DNA of 53,627 nucleotides from a virus (Duplodnaviria; Caudoviricetes): IMG/VR virus record IMGVR_UViG_3300033407_000965, positions 1 to 53,627 of that record; one strand, 5' to 3'. Shown piece by piece: positions 53,482 to 53,627 of this stretch (position 1 is its first letter; each line of letters starts with the position of its first letter). The notes under the pieces were generated by a model. It saw only the letters and a program-made list of their open reading frames with translations, ran no database searches and was not told where the DNA came from. The position numbers and the translations under genes were made by a program.

Positions 53482-53627
53482 CGCTAGTCCGCCTACGGAT
53501 AGGCGCGCCGCAGGTCCAGCACGGTCCCCGCGGGCACGTCGATAACTACGTCCTCGCCTTGTCCACCGTCGGCTTCGGCTCGACGCCGCAGGCCGCCAAC
53601 ATCAACGTCGCGCAGACCGTCGCCCAT

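Larger units (their letters stand above)
46092..53627 (-). mobile_element. Integrated satellite-like (PICI/P4-like) element at the tRNA-Arg 3' end; continues beyond the window
   Basis: Integrase next to the tRNA, excisionase, D5-type helicase, HTH regulator, iterons; visibly more A/T-rich than flanking genes. Confidence 0.85.

Noticed and set aside
53493-53627. 44-aa minus-strand ORF with GGQGEDVVIDVPAGTV, reminiscent of the Obg GTPase N-domain
   Set aside because: Too short, ends in a stop, at the window edge; resemblance is probably coincidental

Overview
GC-rich bacterial window with three blocks. (1) About 1-40.1 kb is the right-hand part of a podovirus-type (pro)phage, almost all on the + strand. 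It runs from accessory, tail-decoration and Zn-finger genes through large terminase, holin-like and lipoprotein genes, portal, scaffold, major capsid, adaptor, nozzle and ejection-type proteins to a giant DarB-like N6-methyltransferase/SNF2-helicase protein. It ends at a wHTH regulator and a dif-like 28-bp site. (2) About 40.2-46.1 kb is host-like DNA: ArsR-type regulator, alkaline-phosphatase-superfamily enzyme, Gfo/Idh/MocA oxidoreductase, DegT-type aminotransferase and tRNA-Arg(TCT). (3) About 46.1 kb to the window end is a satellite-like element inserted at the tRNA 3' end, all on the - strand: tyrosine integrase, excisionase, D5/SF3 helicase, stand-alone DnaB N-domain, XRE regulator, symmetric iteron origin, TerS-like and Ogr/Delta-like genes. 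The most unusual observations are: heterogeneous 8-bp tandem repeats sitting exactly at the frameshifts that split two phage genes, including the giant DarB-like gene; small genes with their own RBS (one also with a -10 box) overprinted in linkers of the giant gene; a large terminase whose nuclease segments are internally re-ordered; and a phage boundary at a dif-like site. All family assignments come from motif recognition by eye, not database searches.
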